Below are positions 49,714 through 60,013 of a DNA stretch of 64,000 bases, piece by piece. Origin of the DNA: Promethearchaeota archaeon (GTDB lineage: Archaea > Asgardarchaeota > Lokiarchaeia > Sigyniarchaeales > SOKP01); contig JAHPZJ010000020.1 of NCBI GenBank assembly GCA_019058245.1, forward strand, positions 1 through 64,000, read 5' to 3'. The notes under the pieces were generated by a model. The model made no database searches. It was not told the DNA's origin and saw only the letters and a list, made by a program, of their open reading frames with translations. Position 1 is the stretch's first letter, and each line of letters opens with the position of its first letter. The position numbers were made by a program, and so were the translations under genes.

Positions 49714-51609
49714 TTGACTCAAAAAGAAGAAAAGACAGTTCTCCCTACTAGGACTGTAGGATTAATTATTGGGGTTGTTTATGGAATTGGTGTTGGTATT
49801 GGAGGTTCTATATTTATCCTTTTAGGAAGAGCAATCCACGCAGCTGAATCTGGTGTTTTAATAAGTCTTATTCTGGGTGGTATTTTAATTTTTATTACAG
49901 CTCTGAATTATAGTGAGTTATCAACTAGTTTACCAGTATCTGGGGGTGCTTATAATTTTAGCAAAGAAGCCCTAGGAGGATTCTTAGCTTTTATAATTGG
50001 TTTTTTTTTATGGATTGCAAATATTGCAACCTTTTCATTTTCTGCTCAAGCCTTTTTTGATATATTTGAAGCTTTTTTCCCCTTTGAGTATGTTCCAATT
50101 ATATCTATACTAATAACTATTACACTAATTCTTTTCACTGCTATTGTAGTGTTCAGAACTCATAAATTAGCTTTAAGAACACTTATAACACTAACAGTCA
50201 TCTTGTTAATAATCTTTGGAATTTTTATTTTTTCAGGACTTTTTATTGCTCCTATGAGTAATGTAACGGGATACGATCCAAGTTTTTTATTTTCTAATAT
50301 TAACGTTTTAGCTGTTATAATACAGTTTTCATCATTATTTATTTTTTTTACCAGTATTACTTCAAATATTGCCTACTTAAATGCAGATATAAAAAATCCA
50401 TCAAAAAATATCCCAAAAACTAACATTTTCGCTATTTTAATAACCTTACTCATTTATTTAGCCATAACAGTTGTAGTTCTTATTAATATTGGGTCTATAA
50501 AGGGGTCTGAAGATTCTCCTATTTTATTGGCAAAAGTAATGAATAATGTGTTAGGTTTTCCTGGATATATATTAATGGGAATAGCTGCAGCCATCTCAAC
50601 TTTTATTGCAATGAATGCAGCATTGGGTTCTGCAGCCGCAGTAATGTTTGCCTTAGCAAGAGATCATTATTTATCAAAAAAATTTTTAAAAGTAAGTAAA
50701 AAAACACAAGTTCCTACCTTAGTAATTATAATCACAACAGCAATAACTATTCTTTTTACAATTTTAGCTATTATGTTTGCAGACATTGGATTTACTGCTA
50801 ACATCACTACATTTATTTATTTTTTTGCATTGGCATTTGTTAATTTTGCTGCTGTAAGTCTAAGATATAAAAGAAAAGAACTAGATCGTCCTTTTAAAGC
50901 ACCATTCTTTCCTTATTTACCGGTTATAATTGGATCTACCTGTTTAATTTTAGCTTTTGTATTGAGTACAACAAATATCAATGCTGTATTTCTTGGTTTA
51001 ATTTTTCTATTAATAGGAGTTACGTATTATTTATTAACAATAGCCGATCGTAATTCTATTACTTTAACCTTAGCGGGTTTAAAATTTTTTGCTATAATTC
51101 TAATTGGTGTTTTTATTTGGGTAATAAATAATCTAAGTATTATAAGTTCCACTATAGATGGATTTACTTCTATTTTTTCTTATGTCTTATTACGAATATT
51201 GATATTTTTTTGTATTTTTACCCTAGGGACTATTTTTTTTGACGTTGTTCCACTCAAAGAAGTAATATATTTTTTTATAAAAAGAGTCACTAAAGCGGAA
51301 GTTGCGATTAATATTGGAATCGGGCAGATAATTGAGTTGAAAAAGAGTAAGGTTAGAATGATTTACTATATAAATAATATTATAGATATTATACAAATTT
51401 TTGGTTCAGTTTTTATTTTTACTATCATATCACTGATACCATTGGATATTATTTCAATAGAAAGTATTACTTTTGGAAACACTATTGTGTCTCAAAAGAC
51501 ATGTGAATTTATTTTTTTAGCGATTTTAGTTTTTCTCGCCACAATTCTTTTATTTAGCGGTTCTAATAGTTTATATTTAAATAGAGAAACTAAAACTCTT
51601 GGTCTTTAA
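49714..51609 (+). CDS. APC family amino acid permease with extra C-terminal TMs
   Basis: IGGSIF, YSELSTSLPVSGGAY, RPFKAP. Confidence 0.88.
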   Translation: MTQKEEKTVLPTRTVGLIIGVVYGIGVGIGGSIFILLGRAIHAAESGVLISLILGGILIFITALNYSELSTSLPVSGGAYNFSKEALGGFLAFIIGFFLWIANIATFSFSAQAFFDIFEAFFPFEYVPIISILITITLILFTAIVVFRTHKLALRTLITLTVILLIIFGIFIFSGLFIAPMSNVTGYDPSFLFSNINVLAVIIQFSSLFIFFTSITSNIAYLNADIKNPSKNIPKTNIFAILITLLIYLAITVVVLINIGSIKGSEDSPILLAKVMNNVLGFPGYILMGIAAAISTFIAMNAALGSAAAVMFALARDHYLSKKFLKVSKKTQVPTLVIIITTAITILFTILAIMFADIGFTANITTFIYFFALAFVNFAAVSLRYKRKELDRPFKAPFFPYLPVIIGSTCLILAFVLSTTNINAVFLGLIFLLIGVTYYLLTIADRNSITLTLAGLKFFAIILIGVFIWVINNLSIISSTIDGFTSIFSYVLLRILIFFCIFTLGTIFFDVVPLKEVIYFFIKRVTKAEVAINIGIGQIIELKKSKVRMIYYINNIIDIIQIFGSVFIFTIISLIPLDIISIESITFGNTIVSQKTCEFIFLAILVFLATILLFSGSNSLYLNRETKTLGL

Positions 51610-51625
51610 AGGATTTAAATTTAAA

Positions 51626-52363
51626 ATGTATCTTTACCCAAAAATAAATCTCCATATTCATTCGAATTATTCTGATGGAAAACAAACAATCAATCAAATT
51701 GTTAAAAGAGCATTGAACTTAGGTTTAGATTATATTGCAATTACAGATCATTTTACTAACTCATGGAAATCTTGGGTCTCTACTCTAAGTAATCATGAAA
51801 TGATCTCGAACTATTTAGTAGAAATATCACAAACTCAAAGATATTTAAAAAAAAATGATAGACAATTGAAACTTCTAAAAGGAATTGAACTAGATTTAGG
51901 AAGTTCTGAACAATTCATTAAAAAATTTATTCAAATTGATAAATACGATTTAGTATTATTTGAATATCTTCAAAGTTATGAATCAATTGCGTTTTTGAAA
52001 AATATTATTAATTTTTGGAAAAAATCAATAGAAAATTTAAATAATTTTCCAATTTTGGGACTCGCACATTTTGATCCGTCTTTTTTTATTTCGGGAAATC
52101 TTGATACTTTTATGAATTTTCTGAAAGATTATTATATTTATTTTGAATTCAATTCTAGCTATCCTTCATTTTATTCTCCTCAATACATAATTTTTTTTGA
52201 AAAACTTAAAGAGTATAACATCCCAGTTGGAATTGGGTGTGATTCTCATAATCTTTCCAATTTAAATGATATTGAAGAACCATTTGAAATGATAGTTTAT
52301 TATAATCTTGAGAATAATCTTGATATTCTAATAAAAACTCTAAAGACTAAAAAATTAGTTTGA
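51626..52363 (+). CDS. PHP domain phosphoesterase
   Basis: NLHIHSNYSDG, ITDH, GIE, AH, GCDSH; ATG at 51626. Confidence 0.88.
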   Translation: MYLYPKINLHIHSNYSDGKQTINQIVKRALNLGLDYIAITDHFTNSWKSWVSTLSNHEMISNYLVEISQTQRYLKKNDRQLKLLKGIELDLGSSEQFIKKFIQIDKYDLVLFEYLQSYESIAFLKNIINFWKKSIENLNNFPILGLAHFDPSFFISGNLDTFMNFLKDYYIYFEFNSSYPSFYSPQYIIFFEKLKEYNIPVGIGCDSHNLSNLNDIEEPFEMIVYYNLENNLDILIKTLKTKKLV

Positions 52364-52377
52364 ATTATGAATAACTC

Positions 52378-52779
52378 TTATCTATCATAATTATTTTTAT
52401 AAATATAATTAAGAAAAAGTTTGAAAGCCTTTTCAAAAGCAATATCAATAATTATCTCACTTTTGTCTTTTGGGTGATTTAACATAGTTTTCAGTATTTT
52501 ATTTTCAATAGAAAACATCTCTTTAATAGCATTCAGTCTTTTTCCAATAGGTAATTCTCTAACATATGCTATAGTCTTATTATTTCTAATTTGCCACTCT
52601 CTTATAGCATTCCAAGTTATGGCTTTTGTAATAGAATTTGAAAGCATTATATTTTGACTTAAAAATCTCGAGATTTCATTGATAATTTTGGTTTCTTCTA
52701 TTGTAGGTTTTACTTTTTCATATACTTCTTCAGTGTCCTTTAAAGCTTCTAAATTAAAATTAATATTATAAGATAACAT
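52378..52779 (-). CDS. Hypothetical protein
   Basis: 133-aa ORF; GAGG RBS-like sequence upstream. Confidence 0.55.
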   Translation of the reverse strand: MLSYNINFNLEALKDTEEVYEKVKPTIEETKIINEISRFLSQNIMLSNSITKAITWNAIREWQIRNNKTIAYVRELPIGKRLNAIKEMFSIENKILKTMLNHPKDKSEIIIDIAFEKAFKLFLNYIYKNNYDR

Positions 52780-53134
52780 TGTCCTTAACCTCTGCTAAAT
52801 AAATTGAGATATCAAAAAATTCTTATATAACCTAATTATTGATCAAGAATATATAAGTTTTAATATTGCTTGATATCTTTATTGATACCTAATATATCTT
52901 GATTGAGTATCTAAAAATAATTTTATAAAATACATGTTTTTTCGGATTTGGAAAATAGGACACTCTCAAAATCTGGAGAATTATAAAAAAATTGAGATTT
53001 GATAATTGTAATTTCAGATTTATTTTTGCGAATTCAAGTATAAATTTTTCCCATTCATTAGAAATAAAGAATACGTTATTTTTATTCAGAAATTAGTTTG
53101 TATTATAAAAATCTTTTTAAATTTTTTTTTTTTA

Positions 53135-53896
53135 ATGTTTTTTATGGATTTAGAAGAAAAAATTGATTTAGCCGCTCAATGGATAGCTGAATCAGAAAGG
53201 TTAGTAGTTTTTACAGGTGCTGGATGTTCAACAGCTAGTGGATTACCTGATTATAGGGGTCCAGATGGCGTTTGGACTAGACGAGATAAGGGACTTCCTC
53301 CTCCAAAAAGCCCTCCTTGGGATCAAGTTAAACCTAATCCTAACCATTATCTAATTGTGGAGTTAATGGAAATGGGAAAGTTAAATTATCTAATATCGCA
53401 AAATGTAGATGGACTTCATGCTAAATCAGGGATCCCTTTTGATATGCTCAGTGAACTCCACGGTAATTTATACTTCATGAAGTGTTTGTCATGTAATAAA
53501 AAGATGTTATTCGAAAAAGCAGGTTGGGATAAAGAAAAATGGGGTAAAGGATATAGAACACTACCAGTTCAAGAGGGACAACCTTCATGTCCTCATTGTG
53601 GGGGAAGATTAATATCAAGTATAGTAAATTTCGGAGATCCCTTACCTTATGATGAACTTGAAGAATCCATAAAACGATCTCAAAAAGCGGATACTTTTTT
53701 TGTAATAGGGTCATCCTTAGTAGTTACTCCCGCTGCAAATATGCCGGGGATTGCAAAACAAAATGGTGCAAAATTAATCATTTTGAATAAAGGTGACACA
53801 CCTTATGATCATGTAGCGGATATAAAATTTGATAATTTGATTGAAGATATTTTACCTCCAATTATGGAAAAAGTAAAGAAACTAATAAAGAATTAG
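53135..53896 (+). CDS. NAD-dependent deacylase (sirtuin), SIRT6/7-like motifs
   Basis: GAGCSTASGLPDYRGPDGVWT, SQNVDGLH, ELHGN, two CxxC, GSSL. Confidence 0.92.
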   Translation: MFFMDLEEKIDLAAQWIAESERLVVFTGAGCSTASGLPDYRGPDGVWTRRDKGLPPPKSPPWDQVKPNPNHYLIVELMEMGKLNYLISQNVDGLHAKSGIPFDMLSELHGNLYFMKCLSCNKKMLFEKAGWDKEKWGKGYRTLPVQEGQPSCPHCGGRLISSIVNFGDPLPYDELEESIKRSQKADTFFVIGSSLVVTPAANMPGIAKQNGAKLIILNKGDTPYDHVADIKFDNLIEDILPPIMEKVKKLIKN

Positions 53897-53914
53897 TAAA
53901 ATCTTTAGTTATTG

Positions 53915-55555
53915 TTATTTAAGTCTAGCATAAATTTCTCTATTATCATTTAATTTCGTTAATAACTTTTTTGCTTCCTTATTTGATAGCGAAAGAGAAA
54001 TATCACTATTACGGCTTAAAGACCCTGTAAAAATCAGATGATTATCTGCAAAAATTTCAATATTTTGGCTTGCATATTTCGGATTAGCTTTAATGATGAT
54101 TTTTTGTTTTTTTACTTCAACATCCAAATGAATTTTTTTTTCCTTTTTCATTCCACTAGAAGGTACCACTTTTCCCCTTGAAGGGTATTTAGAACTGATA
54201 GGATTCACCACAACATCATTTCCAAAATTATAAATCTCGAATTCTAAACGATCACTTTCAAAATCTCTAACTTCTACAACAGGTCTAGCTAAATCCTTAT
54301 CTCTAAAACCATGAGGTACCTTAACAGTCATTCTTAATATTAAAACACTCGAAATATCTCCACCTTGGATAAAAATTATCGTATCAATAATAGATGAGAG
54401 CATTCCAAGCTCGATTCGACCAATAAATCTTTGAATGGCATCAATAGCAGATGATGAATGCACCACACCAACCATTCCAACACCAGATAATCGAAAATCA
54501 GCATAAACTTCAAAATCTCTTGTTGTTCTTACTTCGTCAAAAATGGTAAAATCTGGTCTTACTAGTAAAAGTATATCCGCTGAATTTTCGATATTACCCT
54601 CAAGTTTTGTATATTGAGTGATTTCGGGTCTAACTTGTAAGTCTCTCACACTTTCAAGTGTTTTAACCACTTTATCATGTTCTAAATAGAAATTAGCTAA
54701 TGCGGCAGAAAATGTTGATTTACCTGCACCTGGAGAACCAGATACTAATATTCCTTCAGCTTTTTCAATTCTTTTTCTGAGCCGACTATCAATAGAATAA
54801 TCATCTAAGGTTAAACTAACTAAAGGTCTAACAGCAGTAATTTCAACATCACTAGAGAAGGGAGGACGTGTTATAACGATTCGAAATTCCCTCATTTGAG
54901 CAACAACAGCTCCTTCTTTTTCAATTTCAATAAAAGAATGTTTATCTTCTCTTGTAACTTCTACAATCTCCATTGCTATATCTTCAATCAATTCATTTGA
55001 GATTAAGTCTTCTTTAATTTTGTGTAATCTCCAATTTCCTGGAGATCCCTTTTTAGCATAAGGAGGATTATTTCGCTTGAGATGAACACTCATAGTCTCA
55101 TCATCAAAATATTCAAATAATTTTAGAGAAAGCATTTCTTCTTCTTTTACTGCTCTTTTTTCCCAAGCAAATAATACTTCTAAACCCTCAAATACACCAA
55201 CATCTCCTTGTATTCTGTCTGCTGTTATTAGAATCGCATTATTCTTACGAGCTTCCTCTCTAATCAATGCATCAAGTTCACCACCTTGAGCTAGCTTTAT
55301 TTCTTCTCTCGTTGGGCGTCTTCCTACAATAAGTAATTCAACTTTTTTATCATCATGAAGTTTTCGCAATTCTTTTAATACATTTAGTCCAAAAAATCCA
55401 ATTTCTTTTTGCACATTTGTTCGATATTCAACTTCAGCAATAACGATATTACATATGATAATTTCTGGTTTTTCTCCCAATTCTCCATCTTCGATTAAAT
55501 TAAGGATTTGACCATTAAAAATAATCGATGTATCACATAAAAATTTGTCTTGCAT
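53915..55555 (-). CDS. PINA-type PIN-domain/PilT-like ATPase
   Basis: CDTS PIN start; GSPGAGKST, FDEVR, GVVH, DLARPV. Confidence 0.9.
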   Translation of the reverse strand: MQDKFLCDTSIIFNGQILNLIEDGELGEKPEIIICNIVIAEVEYRTNVQKEIGFFGLNVLKELRKLHDDKKVELLIVGRRPTREEIKLAQGGELDALIREEARKNNAILITADRIQGDVGVFEGLEVLFAWEKRAVKEEEMLSLKLFEYFDDETMSVHLKRNNPPYAKKGSPGNWRLHKIKEDLISNELIEDIAMEIVEVTREDKHSFIEIEKEGAVVAQMREFRIVITRPPFSSDVEITAVRPLVSLTLDDYSIDSRLRKRIEKAEGILVSGSPGAGKSTFSAALANFYLEHDKVVKTLESVRDLQVRPEITQYTKLEGNIENSADILLLVRPDFTIFDEVRTTRDFEVYADFRLSGVGMVGVVHSSSAIDAIQRFIGRIELGMLSSIIDTIIFIQGGDISSVLILRMTVKVPHGFRDKDLARPVVEVRDFESDRLEFEIYNFGNDVVVNPISSKYPSRGKVVPSSGMKKEKKIHLDVEVKKQKIIIKANPKYASQNIEIFADNHLIFTGSLSRNSDISLSLSNKEAKKLLTKLNDNREIYARLK

Positions 55556-55805
55556 GATGTCGTTTATTACTTTTTGATATATATAATAATTATTTGTATA
55601 AAGCTTCTATTTGTTAAGGATATATACAATAATGAAGCTTAATATTTATTATTGGAGTGTATCCAGATGTCTTTTCTTTTCTAAATAAAATTTATAAGAA
55701 AAGTAATTTAAATTAAATGATAACCAGTTATATTTATCTGTTTATTAGATTACAAAAAATAAGAGCTTTAAATATTCTAAAATTGAAGATTACAATAATA
55801 TTTTC

Positions 55806-58289
55806 GTGAATTTAAATATGAGTCAAGAAATGCTATTTGAAAAAGATGGACGCTCTTTGGAAGATTTATTTATCAAAGAAGATAATTATACGTTCTTGGT
55901 AGGGGCAGGAGTGTCAATGAATGCTCCTTCTAGTTTACCATCTGCAGTCAAAATTGTTAATAATCTAATTTCCCTCTGTGCTCCAGAAGAAGAAGTGCAA
56001 GAATTGCAAAATCTTGATGATTTGCGCTATGAATGGTTAGTAGAAGCAATTCAAGAACATATTGATAAAGAGTTTAAGTTTTTAGATTTTTTTGACTATA
56101 AAACTACACCTAATTTACTCCATATTTTTTTGGCTAAACAAATTAAAAAAGGAAATTATGTACTTACTACTAATTTTGATTACATGATAGAATATGCACT
56201 CAAGAGAGTTATTCTTGAGAGTGATCACTCAAAAATCATTCCAATAATCACTAAAGAAGATTTTATCAAATATCCGGATCCTCAATCGCTTATTGATGAA
56301 GGTAAGTATCCTCTATATAAAATTCATGGAGCAAAAAAGAATTTAATAACTAAAGAAGATACGGCAGATTCCTTGGTGACTACACAGCGAGCTTTAGGAA
56401 AACATCGCGTTGAGGGTGAAACCTTTTCTGTAGAAACATTTAAAAAACCAGCAATTCATAGTCTACTAAAAAATCGAAGTTTAACAGTAATGGGCTACTC
56501 TGGAAGCGATGATTTTGATATAGGACCAATCTTAAAAGAAATACCTGATCTTAAAAGGCTGATCTGGATCAACCATTCATTCACTGAAATTCCTACTATA
56601 ATTAAAGTGAATAAAGTAAACGATCCCAAAGTATGGGAAAATGAACTTAAGGTTGATCAATTCCTTGCTGAAATCCGATCTGACGTGAATTTTGAAGTAA
56701 TTAAAGTTCAAGGCAATACCCATGACTTAGTGGAGAAAATTCTATGGCCCTCATTTTTCCCTAATATTCCTATACCTTCACTTAGCACGTCTGGAGATGA
56801 TATAAAATTTGAAGATTGGATAAAACCTCATTATTCTTATGTTGATCTTGCACAAAAATATTTATTTGCATGTTATGTTTTCAGTGAATCCCAAAAAAAT
56901 GATTCATTACAACGTTGCGCTGAGAAGGCTTTAACTATTGAGTCAATCAAGTCAAATGAAACTCATAGTGCATATTTACTATCAATGATAGCTCTTGCTC
57001 ATGTTTCAAAATTTAATTATCAAAAAGCTGCAGAATATTACCTGCAAGCCTTAGAAAAATTTAAACAAACAAATAATTATGAAGAAACTGCAAGGATTTT
57101 GATAAGTTTAGCCATGATATCTGATGCCATGGGTCGAGATGACCTTACTCAACAATATGCTGACCAAGTTTTGCCAATTGCTCAAAGAGAATCCATGCAT
57201 GTTGGCTTAACTAATTTATATACCACATTAGCAAATAAATACAATAAACAAAGAGATTTTGATAAGGCAATTATGTACTTAGAAAAATCAAATAAAGAAG
57301 CCCAAGAAGCTGGAATCATTATGATAAGAGCAAGAAATTTACAAGGAATGGGATCAATGTACATGAATAAAGGTGAAATTGACAAAGCTATTTTAAAACT
57401 TGAAGAATCACTACGAATTTTTAAAGAATTTAAGAGTGCGATTCCTGATGCTTATATTAATCTCGCATTGATTTATGACCAGCACAAAAATGATCCAGCA
57501 AAAGCAATTGAATATCTTAAGGAAATTATAAAGATTGCTCATTCATTTAAGGGTCGCACTTTACTGTCTTTAGTACCCTCACTATATACCATTTCTCGTC
57601 TCTATTTAAGATTGAATGATAAAGAAAATGCATTTAATTATAGTCTACAAGGAATAAAAACATATAAAAATCCCATTATTCAATATAAGGTACAAGAGTT
57701 TATCACTAATAACCCTCAACTATTACAAGAAAATACAATGGTCTACATGGAATTAAATAAAATTGCTGCAGAGATATATCTAAATGAGAAAAAGGACCAT
57801 GCAAGTGCTATAAATTGCTTCAGGAATATTATAGAAGCTGCCGAGAAATTTGGTGGCGATGCTCTCGTAACTGTGCCTCCTACTTGGCTAAATATAGTTC
57901 GTATTTATCTACAATCGAATGATCAAGATAATGCTCTCGAACAATGTATACTAGCATTAAGATTTATGGATAGACCTGATGTAGTTCAAAAAATACAACA
58001 CATCTCAAAGACAAACATGCAATACAAGATGCAACATGTTCAAACCATAGGGGAATTGTTTGCAATAGCTGCAGAGCTTTATGGGGTAAAGGGTAATAAG
58101 GAAATGGCTTCACAATATCAACAATTATACCAACAAGTTCAGATGAGTATGACACCTATGGGAGGATCACCAATGGACCAGATGTTTACCCAGGCAATGA
58201 TGAATGCAAGTGGTACAGATGTATTTAAAAATCTCACAGGAGATAAGAAGAAAAAGAAAGAGAAAAAAAAGAAAAAAAAGAAGAAATAA
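55806..58289 (+). CDS. SIR2-like (SIR2_2) NADase domain fused to TPR repeats
   Basis: FLVGAGVS, TTNFD, YKIHG, GYSGSDDFDI; TPRs; Q/M-rich and poly-K tail. Confidence 0.88.
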   Translation: MNLNMSQEMLFEKDGRSLEDLFIKEDNYTFLVGAGVSMNAPSSLPSAVKIVNNLISLCAPEEEVQELQNLDDLRYEWLVEAIQEHIDKEFKFLDFFDYKTTPNLLHIFLAKQIKKGNYVLTTNFDYMIEYALKRVILESDHSKIIPIITKEDFIKYPDPQSLIDEGKYPLYKIHGAKKNLITKEDTADSLVTTQRALGKHRVEGETFSVETFKKPAIHSLLKNRSLTVMGYSGSDDFDIGPILKEIPDLKRLIWINHSFTEIPTIIKVNKVNDPKVWENELKVDQFLAEIRSDVNFEVIKVQGNTHDLVEKILWPSFFPNIPIPSLSTSGDDIKFEDWIKPHYSYVDLAQKYLFACYVFSESQKNDSLQRCAEKALTIESIKSNETHSAYLLSMIALAHVSKFNYQKAAEYYLQALEKFKQTNNYEETARILISLAMISDAMGRDDLTQQYADQVLPIAQRESMHVGLTNLYTTLANKYNKQRDFDKAIMYLEKSNKEAQEAGIIMIRARNLQGMGSMYMNKGEIDKAILKLEESLRIFKEFKSAIPDAYINLALIYDQHKNDPAKAIEYLKEIIKIAHSFKGRTLLSLVPSLYTISRLYLRLNDKENAFNYSLQGIKTYKNPIIQYKVQEFITNNPQLLQENTMVYMELNKIAAEIYLNEKKDHASAINCFRNIIEAAEKFGGDALVTVPPTWLNIVRIYLQSNDQDNALEQCILALRFMDRPDVVQKIQHISKTNMQYKMQHVQTIGELFAIAAELYGVKGNKEMASQYQQLYQQVQMSMTPMGGSPMDQMFTQAMMNASGTDVFKNLTGDKKKKKEKKKKKKKK

Positions 58290-58699
58290 TTCGATTATGA
58301 AAAATCCTGAACTCGCCAAATTGGGTCTTTAAAGTAATGCTTCCATTGAACTTTATTTAAGTTACATTGAACTGATAGAAAATCCTAAATTTGCAAAATT
58401 AATTATTCAAAAAAAGAGTTCTTGCTTTTTTTTATCAATATATTTATCTAATAAAAGAAAATCCATTCAAGAAATACATCCTATTCCCAAAATTAGCTAT
58501 CACGCATTTTAAACTCCAAACTTAATCTATTATTTTTATTGTGAATTCTCAATAAAATTTCGTTTTAACCTTGAAAGGTAAATTCAGTGTCTGTTTTTAG
58601 TTAAAATTCTACTAAAATAAATTATTCAGACAATAAAAAAATCGAACTTATAAATCAATAAATTAAAAAAAAGGTTTTGATTAGTAAAGAATAGGAGAA

Positions 58700-59779
58700 T
58701 TATATCACGTAAGATATTGCTGTCTTTAACGCTTTTTCAGCGTCTTTAATAACAGTTTCAATTATATCGGTAACACTCTCGATTTGGTTTATAATACCAA
58801 TGCTCTGTCCTAATAACACAGAACCATTCTGCATATCACCTTCATAAGCTGCAAAAGCTGCAATTGAATCTTCTCTTAATTCTTCGGCAAGTTCTTCTTT
58901 TGATATTTCAGCCCTGTGATCATCTTTAATCTTTTCTTCAGCAATTTTTTCTTCTTTAGTCTTTACCAGTCCTTTCTTCATCGCATATTTATTCTTCCAG
59001 AGTCTAATGGTCCCTAAAGCCCCTGTTCTTACAATAGTATCTTGAGCTTTTGCGGGGGGAACTACATTCTTATAATTTTCATGGAATTCACTGTCTTTAG
59101 ATGCTATAAATCTCGATCCCATAGCAACTCCTCCTGCACCAATAGATAAGGCGGCGGCAAGACCATAACCAGTGGCAAATCCACCACACGCAATTTTTGG
59201 GATATCTGGATGTTTTTGCTGTACTTGCTGCAGCAATACCAAACCTCCAACTTTTTCATATGATTGGTGTCCCCCACCTTCAAATCCAGTTACAACAAGC
59301 CCGTCACATCCCGCGGAAACACACTTATCTGCCAACCAGAGTGCCGGGGCAACATGGAAGTGCTTAATCTGTGAATTTTCCCTTAGTTTCTGGAAATCCT
59401 TATTTTGAGGCATTCTTGATGCTGAACCTGCACTAGTGAGCGCATAAAGACATTGCTCTCTCAATTTAGGATTTGCCATTATATGCTTTGCAGCTCCGGA
59501 AATCAACTCTTCACAATCTGGAGTGAGTCTTGAAGTCCTTATATTGAATCCAAAAATCCCCTCTGTATGTTCTACAACATAATCAAGATTTTTTTTTAAT
59601 GCAACTAGGGCACTGTCTTCCCTTCCATCCATAGATTGGTTTGCGTGAGAAATCATCCCTAAACCACCCGCCTCTGCGACCGCTACAGCCAATTCGGTTG
59701 TTCTAAAAGGCCCCATGGCAGCGTTTGCGATCGGGTGCTTAATTCCAAACATTTCGGTAATATTAGTTTTAAATGTCAA
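58700..59779 (-). CDS. Nitronate monooxygenase/FabK-like oxidoreductase (paralog of 42380..43417)
   Basis: Shares KHFHVAPALWLADKC and EGGGHQSYEK with the first copy; TTG start with AGGTGA RBS. Confidence 0.88.
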   Translation of the reverse strand: MTFKTNITEMFGIKHPIANAAMGPFRTTELAVAVAEAGGLGMISHANQSMDGREDSALVALKKNLDYVVEHTEGIFGFNIRTSRLTPDCEELISGAAKHIMANPKLREQCLYALTSAGSASRMPQNKDFQKLRENSQIKHFHVAPALWLADKCVSAGCDGLVVTGFEGGGHQSYEKVGGLVLLQQVQQKHPDIPKIACGGFATGYGLAAALSIGAGGVAMGSRFIASKDSEFHENYKNVVPPAKAQDTIVRTGALGTIRLWKNKYAMKKGLVKTKEEKIAEEKIKDDHRAEISKEELAEELREDSIAAFAAYEGDMQNGSVLLGQSIGIINQIESVTDIIETVIKDAEKALKTAISYVI

Positions 59780-60013
59780 AAAAGTTCACCTTTTATGATA
59801 ATTGAATTAGAAACTAAATAAAACTTTCATCATTTGATGATAAACTATAATCTTTTATTCAAACCTTTTTAAATTATTTTCCTATAGAATGAAATTAATC
59901 CAAATGTATTGAAATTTAAGAAAAATTGCCTTTCTTATATATTTTTCTGAAGTGCTATTCTAAATAGAAAAAATAAATAGAATAAAGCTCGGGATCTATT
60001 TTTAAAATCCTCA

